The position numbers and the translations under genes are program-made. A stretch of 64,000 bases of DNA from Dehalococcoidia bacterium (GTDB lineage: Bacteria; Chloroflexota; Dehalococcoidia; Lucifugimonadales; JAGWBF01), in assembly GCA_965237875.1 (NCBI GenBank), contig CBDEGP010000001.1, positions 1,051,355 to 1,115,354 on the forward strand. The letters are read 5' to 3'. Of this stretch, positions 36,454 through 44,290 are shown in pieces (positions within the stretch are counted from its first letter, which is position 1; the number at the start of each line of letters is the position of its first letter). The notes under the pieces were generated by a model, which saw nothing but the letters and a program-made list of their open reading frames with translations, was not told where the DNA came from and made no database searches.

Positions 36454-36490
36454 GTTGACCTCTGCCGGAACGCCAACGGCAGAGGTCAAC
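36454..36490 (+). terminator. 14-bp perfect stem hairpin after second SBP gene
   Basis: GTTGACCTCTGCCG-gaacgccaa-CGGCAGAGGTCAAC. It occupies the same position and has the same loop size as 34272..34306, but the stem has compensatory changes. Confidence 0.5.
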
Positions 36491-36583
36491 CTGATTAAGC
36501 ATCACTGACGGTGCTTTGCCCTCACCCACGGGGAGAGGGAGCAAGTATCCGACAGCGCAATGGGAGGTGTGGGAGATTAGCCA

Positions 36584-37543
36584 ATGACCGCATACGTGAT
36601 AAAAAGGCTGCTCCTGTTTATCCCGACGGTTGTCATCGTATCGTTTGTTGCCTTCTTCATCATCAATATTCTTCCGGGAGATCCAGCTCTCGTGATGCTC
36701 TTGGGCGAAGGCGAGGGATCTTCCTTCACCGAGGAAGAGTTGAATAACCTTCGCCACGAACTGGGCACCGACCGCCCGTTGGTCGTGCAGTTCGGGGACT
36801 GGTTCGGCGGAGTGTTGACCGGGGATTTCGGTACTTCTTTTAAGACCAAAACCCCTGTTATAGAAGCTCTGAAACGCCGGTTTCCCATCACCATCCAGTT
36901 GGCGGTGATGTCGGTCATTCTGTCGATGGTTCTCGCCGTGCCCCTGGGAGTGTGGTCCGCCGTAAAGCAGGACTCGTCTGTTGATTATGGGACCAAGGTG
37001 TTCACGATCCTATTCGTGGCGGCCCCGACGTTCTGGATAGCGTTGTTGCTGCAGACTGCGCTGACTAGATGGGCAGGTTGGCTCCCTTCGTTATTGTACG
37101 TGGATCTGTGGGATAGACCTCTGGAGAACCTGGAAATCTTGATATTCCCGGCTATGGTCCTTGGGCTCCACGATATGGCCTTCATAGCGAGGCTCACCAG
37201 GTCTTCCATGTTGGAAGTACTTCGGGAGGACTACGTACGGACCGCTCGGGCCAAGGGGCTGAAGGACTGGGTGGTGATAGGACGTCACAGCTTGAAAAAC
37301 GCCTTCCTGCCCATACTTACAGTCTCAGGTTGGAGGTTCTCCAACCTTCTGGGCGGCATTGTAATCATAGAGACTATATTCAACCTTCCCGGAATAGGGA
37401 ACCTGCTAATCACAAGTCTTAACGCCAGGGATTTCCCGTCCATCCAGGCGCTTATCTTGGTGCCTGCCCTGTCAGTGATGACCGTCAACCTTGTGATAGA
37501 CCTTCTATATGGATGGTTAGACCCAAGAGTGCGCTACGCGTAG
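36584..37543 (+). CDS. ABC transporter permease (DppB/OppB-like)
   Basis: 319 aa, multi-TM, with a DYVRTARAKGL EAA-loop motif. Confidence 0.88.
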   Translation: MTAYVIKRLLLFIPTVVIVSFVAFFIINILPGDPALVMLLGEGEGSSFTEEELNNLRHELGTDRPLVVQFGDWFGGVLTGDFGTSFKTKTPVIEALKRRFPITIQLAVMSVILSMVLAVPLGVWSAVKQDSSVDYGTKVFTILFVAAPTFWIALLLQTALTRWAGWLPSLLYVDLWDRPLENLEILIFPAMVLGLHDMAFIARLTRSSMLEVLREDYVRTARAKGLKDWVVIGRHSLKNAFLPILTVSGWRFSNLLGGIVIIETIFNLPGIGNLLITSLNARDFPSIQALILVPALSVMTVNLVIDLLYGWLDPRVRYA

Positions 37544-37568
37544 GGGAGTTCTGTAGAGCTGATTAGCG

Positions 37569-38504
37569 ATGTTGGATAATCTCAGAGATAGTACGACCAG
37601 TGCGCCGGTGAAGAGACGAGAATGGCTCGGGTTCCTATCGGTCTTTGGAGAGCTCTTGAGGTTCTCCAGGAGAAAGCCTCTGGGAGCGGCTGGAGCCGTC
37701 ATCCTCATCGGCATTACCGTTGTGGCTATATTCGCGCCAGCAATAGTGCCCCAGGACCCGACAAAAACCCATGCAAGGGAGACGTGGTCAATACCTGGTA
37801 CTAAGTCTATTGACGGCGAAAGGACTTATTTGCTGGGCACTGACGAGGCGGGCAGGGATAACCTGAGCCGCCTCATATTCGGCGCCAGGATTTCCATGCT
37901 GGTCGGAGTCCTCAGCGTCGCTCTTGGCATCACTGCGGGGGCGTTGTTGGGCATCACCAGCGCCTATCTTGGAGGCGCCTTCGACCTCTTTTTCCAGAGG
38001 GTCATAGACGGCTTTATGGCCTTTCCGGGGATTATTCTGGCGCTGGCCATAGTGTCCGTGTTGGGCCCCTCGGTGTGGAACGTGATTTTCGCGTTGTCCT
38101 TCTTCCTGGCTCCGGGCACCGCCCGCACCGTCCGCTCCCAAGCACTCAGCATAAAGGAGATGGACTATGTGTTGGCGGCCAGGGCTGTGGGCTCGTCCCC
38201 GATACGCATTATTTTCCGGCATCTGTTGCCCAATTGCTTCGCCATATACATTATTCTAGCGTCCCTGACCCTAGGCACGGCCATTACGGCTGAAGCTTCT
38301 CTGGGGTTCCTTGGGCTAGGGGTGCCGCCGACCACGCCGACCTGGGGCGGCATGCTCAACTCAGCCAGCAACGACTTTTTGCTGAAGGCCCAGTGGGCCG
38401 TCATAGCTCCAGGCGTGGCCATAGCACTGGCCGTTTACGGAGCGAACCTTTTCGGCGACGGCATGCGCGACGTTTTGGACCCCCGCCTCCGTGGCAGCCG
38501 CTAG
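37569..38504 (+). CDS. ABC transporter permease (DppC/OppC-like)
   Basis: 311 aa with a DYVLAARAVGSSPIRIIFRHLLPN motif. Confidence 0.88.
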   Translation: MLDNLRDSTTSAPVKRREWLGFLSVFGELLRFSRRKPLGAAGAVILIGITVVAIFAPAIVPQDPTKTHARETWSIPGTKSIDGERTYLLGTDEAGRDNLSRLIFGARISMLVGVLSVALGITAGALLGITSAYLGGAFDLFFQRVIDGFMAFPGIILALAIVSVLGPSVWNVIFALSFFLAPGTARTVRSQALSIKEMDYVLAARAVGSSPIRIIFRHLLPNCFAIYIILASLTLGTAITAEASLGFLGLGVPPTTPTWGGMLNSASNDFLLKAQWAVIAPGVAIALAVYGANLFGDGMRDVLDPRLRGSR

Positions 38505-38541
38505 CCAAAGGGGGCAGCACTGGGTTTCCCCCTCATCCTAA

Positions 38542-38565
38542 CCTTCTCCCGCCAGGGGGAGAAGG
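38542..38565. repeat. REP-like hairpin CCTTCTCCC-gccagg-GGGAGAAGG
   Basis: A 9-bp perfect stem. It has the same style as the hairpins at 43357, 51628 and 36519. Confidence 0.6.
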
Positions 38566-38608
38566 AATACACGCCACCCCGTCACTCTCCATCGCCCCTT
38601 TCCCACCT

Positions 38609-38768
38609 GTCATTCCGAGCGCGGCGAGAAATCTAAGAGCGCTGCTCGTAGTCAAGCCACCTTTTCGGAAACATGGCTTTTCGACGCGGACGCCGGATTG
38701 CTCGACGACTTAGCTCTGAGGTACAGATTTGAGATTCCTCACTCCGCTGCGCTCCGTTTCGGAATGAC
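38609..38768. mobile_element. MITE-like 160-bp element bounded by 10-bp perfect terminal inverted repeats GTCATTCCGA...TCGGAATGAC
   Basis: The left end is GTCATTCCGAGCGCGGCGAGAAATCT. The right end reverse-complements to GTCATTCCGAAACGGAGCGCAGCGGAGTGAGGAATCT. It has no coding capacity and lies in the 400-bp spacer after the permease genes. Confidence 0.5.
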
Positions 38769-38904
38769 AGTATCGAGGGTGTTTGACCGGACTGCCCATA
38801 TCCGGCGGGGCGCCTGCCGTCCCATATTTCGTTGACACCGGTATGGCTGGACTTTAAACTTCCAACAAGCCCTGGAACTCTCGTTTTTGATACAGGAGTC
38901 AGCT

Positions 38905-39990
38905 ATGAAAGCCGCCGTCTTCCATGGTCCCAACCAACCGCTTGCGATTGAAGACGTGGATGTCGACAAACCCAGAGCCGATGAAGTCTTGCTCCGCACC
39001 GGCGCCAGCGGCGTGTGCCACAGCGACCTCCATTACGTTGACGGCGCTTATCCCAAAGTCCCGCCGGCCATCCTGGGCCACGAGGGTGCAGGAGTGGTGG
39101 AAGCCGTGGGGGATGCGGTCACGTACGTACAACCGGGCGACCACGTGATAACGTGTCCATCCGTCTACTGCGGCAACTGCAAGAAGTGTCTGAGAGGCCA
39201 GTTTCACCTCTGCTTGGACAAGCCTGCCCGGGCCCAACAGGACACTCCCCGGTACAAGCTCGCTTTATCGGGTGAGACTCCTGAGCAGATGGCCGGGCTG
39301 GGCACCTTTGCCGAGCAAATGCTGGTCCACCAGAACTCGGTGGCCAAGATACCGGAAGACGTTCCGATGGATAGGGCGGCCCTCATTGGCTGCGGGGTCA
39401 CCACCGGCGTGGGTGCAGTGCTCAACACGGCAAAGCTTCCCGCAGGAGCCACAGTCGCCGTATACGGAGTGGGGGGCGTTGGTCTTTCGGCGGTCCAGGG
39501 CGCCAGAATAGCAGGCGCATCTCAGATAATCGCCGTGGACCCAATGGGCGGCAAGCTGGACCGGGCGGCTGAGATGGGCGCCACTCATACTGTCGATTCT
39601 TCCAAGGAAGACCCGGTGGAGGCCATCAGGGAGCTTACCGGAGGCGGGGTGGAATACTCCTTTGAGGCCGTAGGCAACAAGCAGGCCGCGGAACAGTGCT
39701 ATGAATGTCTCCAGAAGGGCGGCACGGCCACCATCATAGGCATGATCCCCTTTGGCCAGAAAATCTCCATTAACGGGGCGTCCTTCCTGGGTGAGAAGAG
39801 GATTCAGGGCAGCCTTATGGGCTCCAACAGGTTCAGAATCGACATGCTCGACTACATCGAATACTACCGTCAGGGCAAGCTGATGCTGGACGAAATGATC
39901 ACCCGCAGGGGCCGATTGGAAGACGTAAACGAGGCATTTCGCGCCATGAAGGCCGGCGAGGTTGCCAGGACGGTCCTGACGTTCGACTAG
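38905..39990 (+). CDS. zinc-dependent alcohol dehydrogenase (MDR family)
   Basis: GVCHSDLHYVDG catalytic zinc motif and CGNCKKCLRGQFHLC structural zinc motif. I prefer ATG 38905 (CAGGAG 6 nt upstream) to the TTG at 38887. Confidence 0.9.
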   Translation: MKAAVFHGPNQPLAIEDVDVDKPRADEVLLRTGASGVCHSDLHYVDGAYPKVPPAILGHEGAGVVEAVGDAVTYVQPGDHVITCPSVYCGNCKKCLRGQFHLCLDKPARAQQDTPRYKLALSGETPEQMAGLGTFAEQMLVHQNSVAKIPEDVPMDRAALIGCGVTTGVGAVLNTAKLPAGATVAVYGVGGVGLSAVQGARIAGASQIIAVDPMGGKLDRAAEMGATHTVDSSKEDPVEAIRELTGGGVEYSFEAVGNKQAAEQCYECLQKGGTATIIGMIPFGQKISINGASFLGEKRIQGSLMGSNRFRIDMLDYIEYYRQGKLMLDEMITRRGRLEDVNEAFRAMKAGEVARTVLTFD

Positions 39991-40008
39991 GCTAGGTCAG
40001 GCGGGTCA

Positions 40009-40209
40009 ATGGTCTGGAAGAGGATTTTAAGCGACTCAGACGAGCCCCGGCTCCCGTCAAACTCCACGGTCCCCCCAGCCAACAGAGGGGGCCAGGACCT
40101 GTTGACGGCATGGGCTTTGGCGCCGTTCATGCTCATCAAGCTGCTGCTGGCCCCCGTAAAGGCAGCCCTGGGAATCAACAAAAACCGGGAGCCGTCAAGC
40201 CGTAGATAA
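40009..40209 (+). CDS. possible small membrane protein (66 aa), unsupported by homology
   Basis: The ORF starts 19 nt after the adh stop. Third-position GC is about 75%, like real genes here. It has one hydrophobic segment, LLTAWALAPFMLIKLLLAPVKAAL. I recognise no motif. Confidence 0.3.
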   Translation: MVWKRILSDSDEPRLPSNSTVPPANRGGQDLLTAWALAPFMLIKLLLAPVKAALGINKNREPSSRR

Positions 40210-40225
40210 TGAGTGTCTTCAAGAT

Positions 40226-40381
40226 ATGACCGGACGTCCTGAGTGGTATTACGACCACCCTCCCGCCTGCACGTGCCAGGGCTGCCAGGATCGGCGGCTG
40301 GGAAGGCACCGCGGAAGCGGCAAGCAGGGGTTGCTTTCCAAGCTCAAAAAGGCGCTCTGGCCCTTCGGAAATCGCCGCTAA
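40226..40381 (+). CDS. unannotated 51-codon ORF encoding a Cys-rich basic peptide (MTGRPEWYYDHPPACTCQGCQDRR...)
   Basis: It falls below the 60-aa cut-off of the ORF track. Its first 21 residues are paralogous to the N-terminus of the CAP protein at 41233. The WYYDHPPACTC core differs between the two copies only at synonymous third positions (cac/cat, ccc/ccg, acg/acc). Third-position GC is about 76%. Confidence 0.65.
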   Translation: MTGRPEWYYDHPPACTCQGCQDRRLGRHRGSGKQGLLSKLKKALWPFGNRR

Positions 40382-40431
40382 AAGTCCTTCGGTCCCGTCA
40401 ATGCCGTCCATGTCGATAAGGAGGGAGAGTC

Positions 40432-41211
40432 ATGCCCAAAGGCGTCCTTCTGGTTTTCACCAACTGCAGCGATCCGGCCCGCCACGACGAGTACAACAGC
40501 TGGTACTGCCACACCCACTTCCCCGATCTCAGCGCCGCCTCTGGGTTCGTCCGGGCCAGGCGCTACGCCAACGCCTATCCCGATGAAGGCCCGACCCAGT
40601 ACCTGGCGGTCTACGAGGTGGAGGGGCCCGATGTAATGGACTGCATCAAAGACATCTCGCGCATCGGGTTTGGGGCCTACAGCCTGGGCAGGCACATCGA
40701 CTGCCTTGAGTCCGGTGGAGGCTATTACTTCGAGGAGATAGACCCGTCGCAGTACGCTCCTCTTGAGGTTGTAGACTATCCGCCGACGCCTGAGCGGTCG
40801 GACCTGCTGGGGATACCGGACTTCAAGCCCATCGCCCGAACCCTTCCCAGGGCGCTCCGGTTGGTGTTTTCGGACACCTCGGACCCGACCCGGGACGAGG
40901 AGTTCAACCGTTGGTACAGCCACACCCACCTGCCTGACCTGCTCCAGGCGGAAGGCATGACGGAGTCGGCCCGCTACCGGAACCTCGCCCTGGAGAGGGG
41001 CCCCGCTAAGTACCTGGCCCTCTACTGGTACGACCATCTCGACGTCAAGCAGGCGCTGCTGAATATGGGAAAGCTCGCCCTAGCCGCCCGGGAAAAGCAC
41101 ATGATTGACTGCCTAGACGTGAAAGGCCTCCACACATACCTGGAGATAGACGCCGACTCATACCCGCCCCCGGAGGTCCTGGACTATCCCAGGGAGGCGC
41201 CGCGACGGTAA
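40432..41211 (+). CDS. tandem-duplicated ferredoxin-like (EthD/DUF4286-like dimeric alpha/beta-barrel) protein, function unknown
   Basis: Two ~130-aa repeats each carry LLVFTN/LRLVFSD..DP.R..E[YF]N.WY.HTH.PDL...ARRY and end in EID....Y.P.EV.DYP. GGAGGGAG RBS. The fold assignment is tentative. Confidence 0.7.
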   Translation: MPKGVLLVFTNCSDPARHDEYNSWYCHTHFPDLSAASGFVRARRYANAYPDEGPTQYLAVYEVEGPDVMDCIKDISRIGFGAYSLGRHIDCLESGGGYYFEEIDPSQYAPLEVVDYPPTPERSDLLGIPDFKPIARTLPRALRLVFSDTSDPTRDEEFNRWYSHTHLPDLLQAEGMTESARYRNLALERGPAKYLALYWYDHLDVKQALLNMGKLALAAREKHMIDCLDVKGLHTYLEIDADSYPPPEVLDYPREAPRR

Positions 41212-41232
41212 GGCGCTCCCCAACCCGCGACT

Positions 41233-42525
41233 ATGGGAAGACCAAACTGGTATTACGACCATCCTCCGGCCTGCACCTGCCGGGCATGTCAGGGCCGAAA
41301 GAGAATACGAAGGATAAGACCAATTTGGTTTTCGAAATCGGAACCTCGCGAAGGACCTGCCAGGAATCAACCGCCGGATTATTGGTCCCCTCCTGCGAGA
41401 CGCAGAAGCGGCTGTGTGGGTGGGATGATCAAGGTCGTCGCAATAGGGATAGGTTTACTGATTCTAGTAGCCGTGTGCAACGGGGTTTTTGGACGATTCT
41501 CGGATGAGGGTTACACTGTTCCACTCAACGGCGGTCCGATTCCGAACGTCACCTCAGCTGTCGTCACCAAAGACCTGAAACAACACATGCTGGTATTGAT
41601 TAACCGGGACAGGGACGCTAACGGCCTCAATCCCGTCGTTCTGGGATTCAACGAAGCGCCGCAACGTCATGCAGAAGACATGCTGCGGTATAGCTATCTG
41701 TCGCACTGGGGTCGGAACGGCCTTAAGCCGTATATGAGGTATACGCTGGAAGGTGGGACAGGACTTACTTCAGAAAACATCAGTGGTTTGGCTTGTCCCT
41801 TAACCCCTGGTGGGAGGTATCGCACTGTAGACCTCATGACAGATATTGAAGAATCACAAACCGGATTTATGCAAAGTCCAGGGCATCGACGGAGCATCCT
41901 GGACCCCGGGCACACGATCGTTCATTTGGGGATTGCATGCGATAAGTTAGGTTGCTCGGTGGTCCAGTTGTTCGACAGGGATTACCTCAGCTACATAGAC
42001 CTTCCGTCAATTTCGAGCGATGGTCTCCTTACGTTTACCGCCGAGTTTGTTGACGGGTTTGAGTTGTCCGGTGTGCAAGTCTGGTACGACGAAATTCCTC
42101 GCTCCCTCACCTTTGGCCAACTAGGGGCAGCCCATTCCTATTCTGTTGGACAGCGGCCTGTCGCCTCAATTAGACCCCCACTGAAACTGTATCAATATTA
42201 TAGAGAGGATTCTTTCACGCGCGCCCGGGAGCTTTCCCAAGACCCCTACAAAATTGACCCTAACACCGCACCTCCCCATAGGGTGAACAAAGGAGATTAC
42301 GAAGATTGTGTGGAACCTCCCAAAGCCACCACGCGGGTGGAAGAGACTGTGCCTTGGGTGACTGCTGACGAGTGGGAACAATCCGACGGAGAAACTTCCG
42401 TGTCCGCTACTATAGGTCCGGCAATGGAGTCATTCGGTCCCGGTGTCTATACAATTCTGGTGTGGGCTGACCATACGTTGGGTGAATCAGTTCCCGTGAG
42501 CGAGTATTCGATATTCGTGGAATAA
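41233..42525 (+). CDS. membrane-anchored CAP/SCP (YkwD-like) domain protein with cytoplasmic Cys-rich N-terminal motif
   Basis: The N-terminus MGRPNWYYDHPPACTCRACQGRKR is followed by a basic stretch and a TM helix MIKVVAIGIGLLILVAVCNGVFG. The CAP core follows (NRDRDANGLNPVVL...HAEDM...SENI...SPGHRRSILDPGHTIVHLGIA), then a ~190-aa unrecognised C-terminal region. Confidence 0.8.
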   Translation: MGRPNWYYDHPPACTCRACQGRKRIRRIRPIWFSKSEPREGPARNQPPDYWSPPARRRSGCVGGMIKVVAIGIGLLILVAVCNGVFGRFSDEGYTVPLNGGPIPNVTSAVVTKDLKQHMLVLINRDRDANGLNPVVLGFNEAPQRHAEDMLRYSYLSHWGRNGLKPYMRYTLEGGTGLTSENISGLACPLTPGGRYRTVDLMTDIEESQTGFMQSPGHRRSILDPGHTIVHLGIACDKLGCSVVQLFDRDYLSYIDLPSISSDGLLTFTAEFVDGFELSGVQVWYDEIPRSLTFGQLGAAHSYSVGQRPVASIRPPLKLYQYYREDSFTRARELSQDPYKIDPNTAPPHRVNKGDYEDCVEPPKATTRVEETVPWVTADEWEQSDGETSVSATIGPAMESFGPGVYTILVWADHTLGESVPVSEYSIFVE

Positions 42526-42572
42526 TAACCCTATTCGGGGCGGAATGGGGAAATTGACGAGCGAGGTGAAGC

Positions 42573-43328
42573 ATGGGAAGGATGGACGGCAAGGTGGCGA
42601 TCATCACGGGCGGGGCCAGGGGTCAGGGCGCCTCGGAGGGAGTCCTGTTTGCCCAGGAAGGGGCCAAGGTTGTGCTTGGCGACATACTGGATGAGGAAGG
42701 CGCTGGCGTGGAGGCCCGCATCCGTGAGGCGGGCGGCGATGCCACGTACGTTCGCCTGGACGTAACCCTGGCCGACGACTGGGAACGGGCCGTGGAGTTG
42801 GCCGAAAGCGCCTATGGCAAGCTGGACGTGCTGGTGAACAACGCCGCCATATTCATGCCCAACGGCATAGAGGACACCACCGTGGAGCAGTGGGACCGGC
42901 TGATGGCCATAAACGCCAAGGGCGTGTTTCTAGGGACCAAGCATTCGATACCGGCCATGCGCAGGGCCGGCGGCGGGTCGATCGTAAACATATCTTCTAT
43001 AGCCGGGATGGTGGGCAACGTCAGGTCTGGTGTGGCCTACTCGGCGTCCAAGGGCGCAGTACGCCTGTTCACCAAGGCCACGGCCATACAGCACGCCAAG
43101 GACAACATCCGGTGCAACTCGGTGCATCCCGGGCCCATCGACACGCCAATGACCGAGGAGTCTAGGCGGGACCCTGCCCAGCAGGCGCAGAGGCTGGCCA
43201 GAGTTCCCATGGGACGCAGTGCGGCCCCTGAAGAGGTGGCCTATGGAGTCCTCTTCCTGGCTTCCGACGAGTCTTCCTACATGACCGGCTCGGAGATGGT
43301 CATCGACGGGGGAGTGATCGCCCAGTAG
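42573..43328 (+). CDS. short-chain dehydrogenase/reductase (SDR), paralog of 28897..29646
   Basis: ITGGARGQG and YSASKGAV. About 60% identical by eye to the other SDR. Confidence 0.9.
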   Translation: MGRMDGKVAIITGGARGQGASEGVLFAQEGAKVVLGDILDEEGAGVEARIREAGGDATYVRLDVTLADDWERAVELAESAYGKLDVLVNNAAIFMPNGIEDTTVEQWDRLMAINAKGVFLGTKHSIPAMRRAGGGSIVNISSIAGMVGNVRSGVAYSASKGAVRLFTKATAIQHAKDNIRCNSVHPGPIDTPMTEESRRDPAQQAQRLARVPMGRSAAPEEVAYGVLFLASDESSYMTGSEMVIDGGVIAQ

Positions 43329-43356
43329 AAGTCCCCGGCGTTTAACGTCCCGTTCA

Positions 43357-43393
43357 CCCCCATCTCAATCTTCCCCCTCCAAGGGGGAAGAGG
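43357..43393 (-). repeat. REP-like element (8-bp stem hairpin + conserved tail), inverted copy of 51628..51664
   Basis: The reverse complement CCTCTTCCCCcttggaGGGGGAAGATTGAGATGGGGG matches the other copy except for the 6-nt loop and the last base. It lies between convergent genes. Confidence 0.8.
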
Positions 43394-43418
43394 TTTTGCA
43401 AAGGTCCCAATAATGCGG

Positions 43419-44198
43419 CTAGACCTCCGCCCGTTCCATGAACACCGTGACGCCCAGGCTCTGGTAGTGCTCCCGGTTGGAGCGGGCGCCGCTGCGCATA
43501 CACACCTTTGTGTCGGAGCCTTTCAGCAGATCGATCATGTGCTCCAGACATTCCTGGTCTGTCGTCAGGGGGAATTCCGGGTGCCCCTCGCGGCTGAACG
43601 CGAGGTCGTTGGATACAGGATGTGCGCCCCAGGACAAGCAGTCAATTCCGGGTTTCCCCAGGTTGCGGGCGTTTATAACCGCCTCAACTGACTCTACCTG
43701 AAGCATGAGGACGCCGGTATGGCTCCACCACTCGGCGTACTCCGTACGGGTGGGAATCGAATGGGGCTCTCCGTCGCCTCCGGTCCATCCCGTGTCGTAT
43801 GCCACCCCGCCCCAGCCCCGCTTTCCCTTCTGCGGGTAGTAGAAGTTCTCCACTGCATCCTGAGCGGTGGCCTCATCGTCGCATTGAGGCACTTCGACTC
43901 CTCCAAGGCACAAGTCGAGTATGCCCCCTATCATGTAGGTCCACTTGGGACTCTTGATGCGGAGTTGGACTGGAACCTCGAACTCTTTGGCTATGTCGCA
44001 AAGCTGGAAAAGCGCCTCTTCGTTGTAGGGCATGTGCTGGCTGTCCACGGTGAAGAAGTCGTACGGGTAGGAGTTCACCAGCTGTTCGATTCTGCCGCGG
44101 TCCGCCGGAGTCCGCCCAAAGTTTCCCGGCGTCGCTATAAGCGAACAGCCTACAACTATGTCCCCCCGTCGGATCTTCTCCTTAAGGTTGCCTGGCAT
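43419..44198 (-). CDS. HpcH/HpaI family aldolase
   Basis: 259 aa. The DFFTVDSQHMPYNEE and GGVEVPQCDDEATA regions are typical of 2-keto-3-deoxy-acid aldolases of this family. Confidence 0.8.
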   Translation of the reverse strand: MPGNLKEKIRRGDIVVGCSLIATPGNFGRTPADRGRIEQLVNSYPYDFFTVDSQHMPYNEEALFQLCDIAKEFEVPVQLRIKSPKWTYMIGGILDLCLGGVEVPQCDDEATAQDAVENFYYPQKGKRGWGGVAYDTGWTGGDGEPHSIPTRTEYAEWWSHTGVLMLQVESVEAVINARNLGKPGIDCLSWGAHPVSNDLAFSREGHPEFPLTTDQECLEHMIDLLKGSDTKVCMRSGARSNREHYQSLGVTVFMERAEV

Positions 44199-44290
44199 GA
44201 TTGCCTCCTCGCATATTCAGATTTGGTCTGGTCCTAGCCACTCCGGCCCTCGTCGGAAAGACGGGCCAGGGGCTGCCTTCAATATTCGGT

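Noticed and set aside
40256-40285. Reading the HPPACTCxxC motif as a ZAS (HxxxCxxC) anti-sigma zinc motif
   Set aside because: The spacing is H-x3-C-x-C-x2-C, not H-x3-C-x2-C, and no sigma factor gene is nearby. I kept it only as a generic Cys/His metal-knuckle hypothesis.
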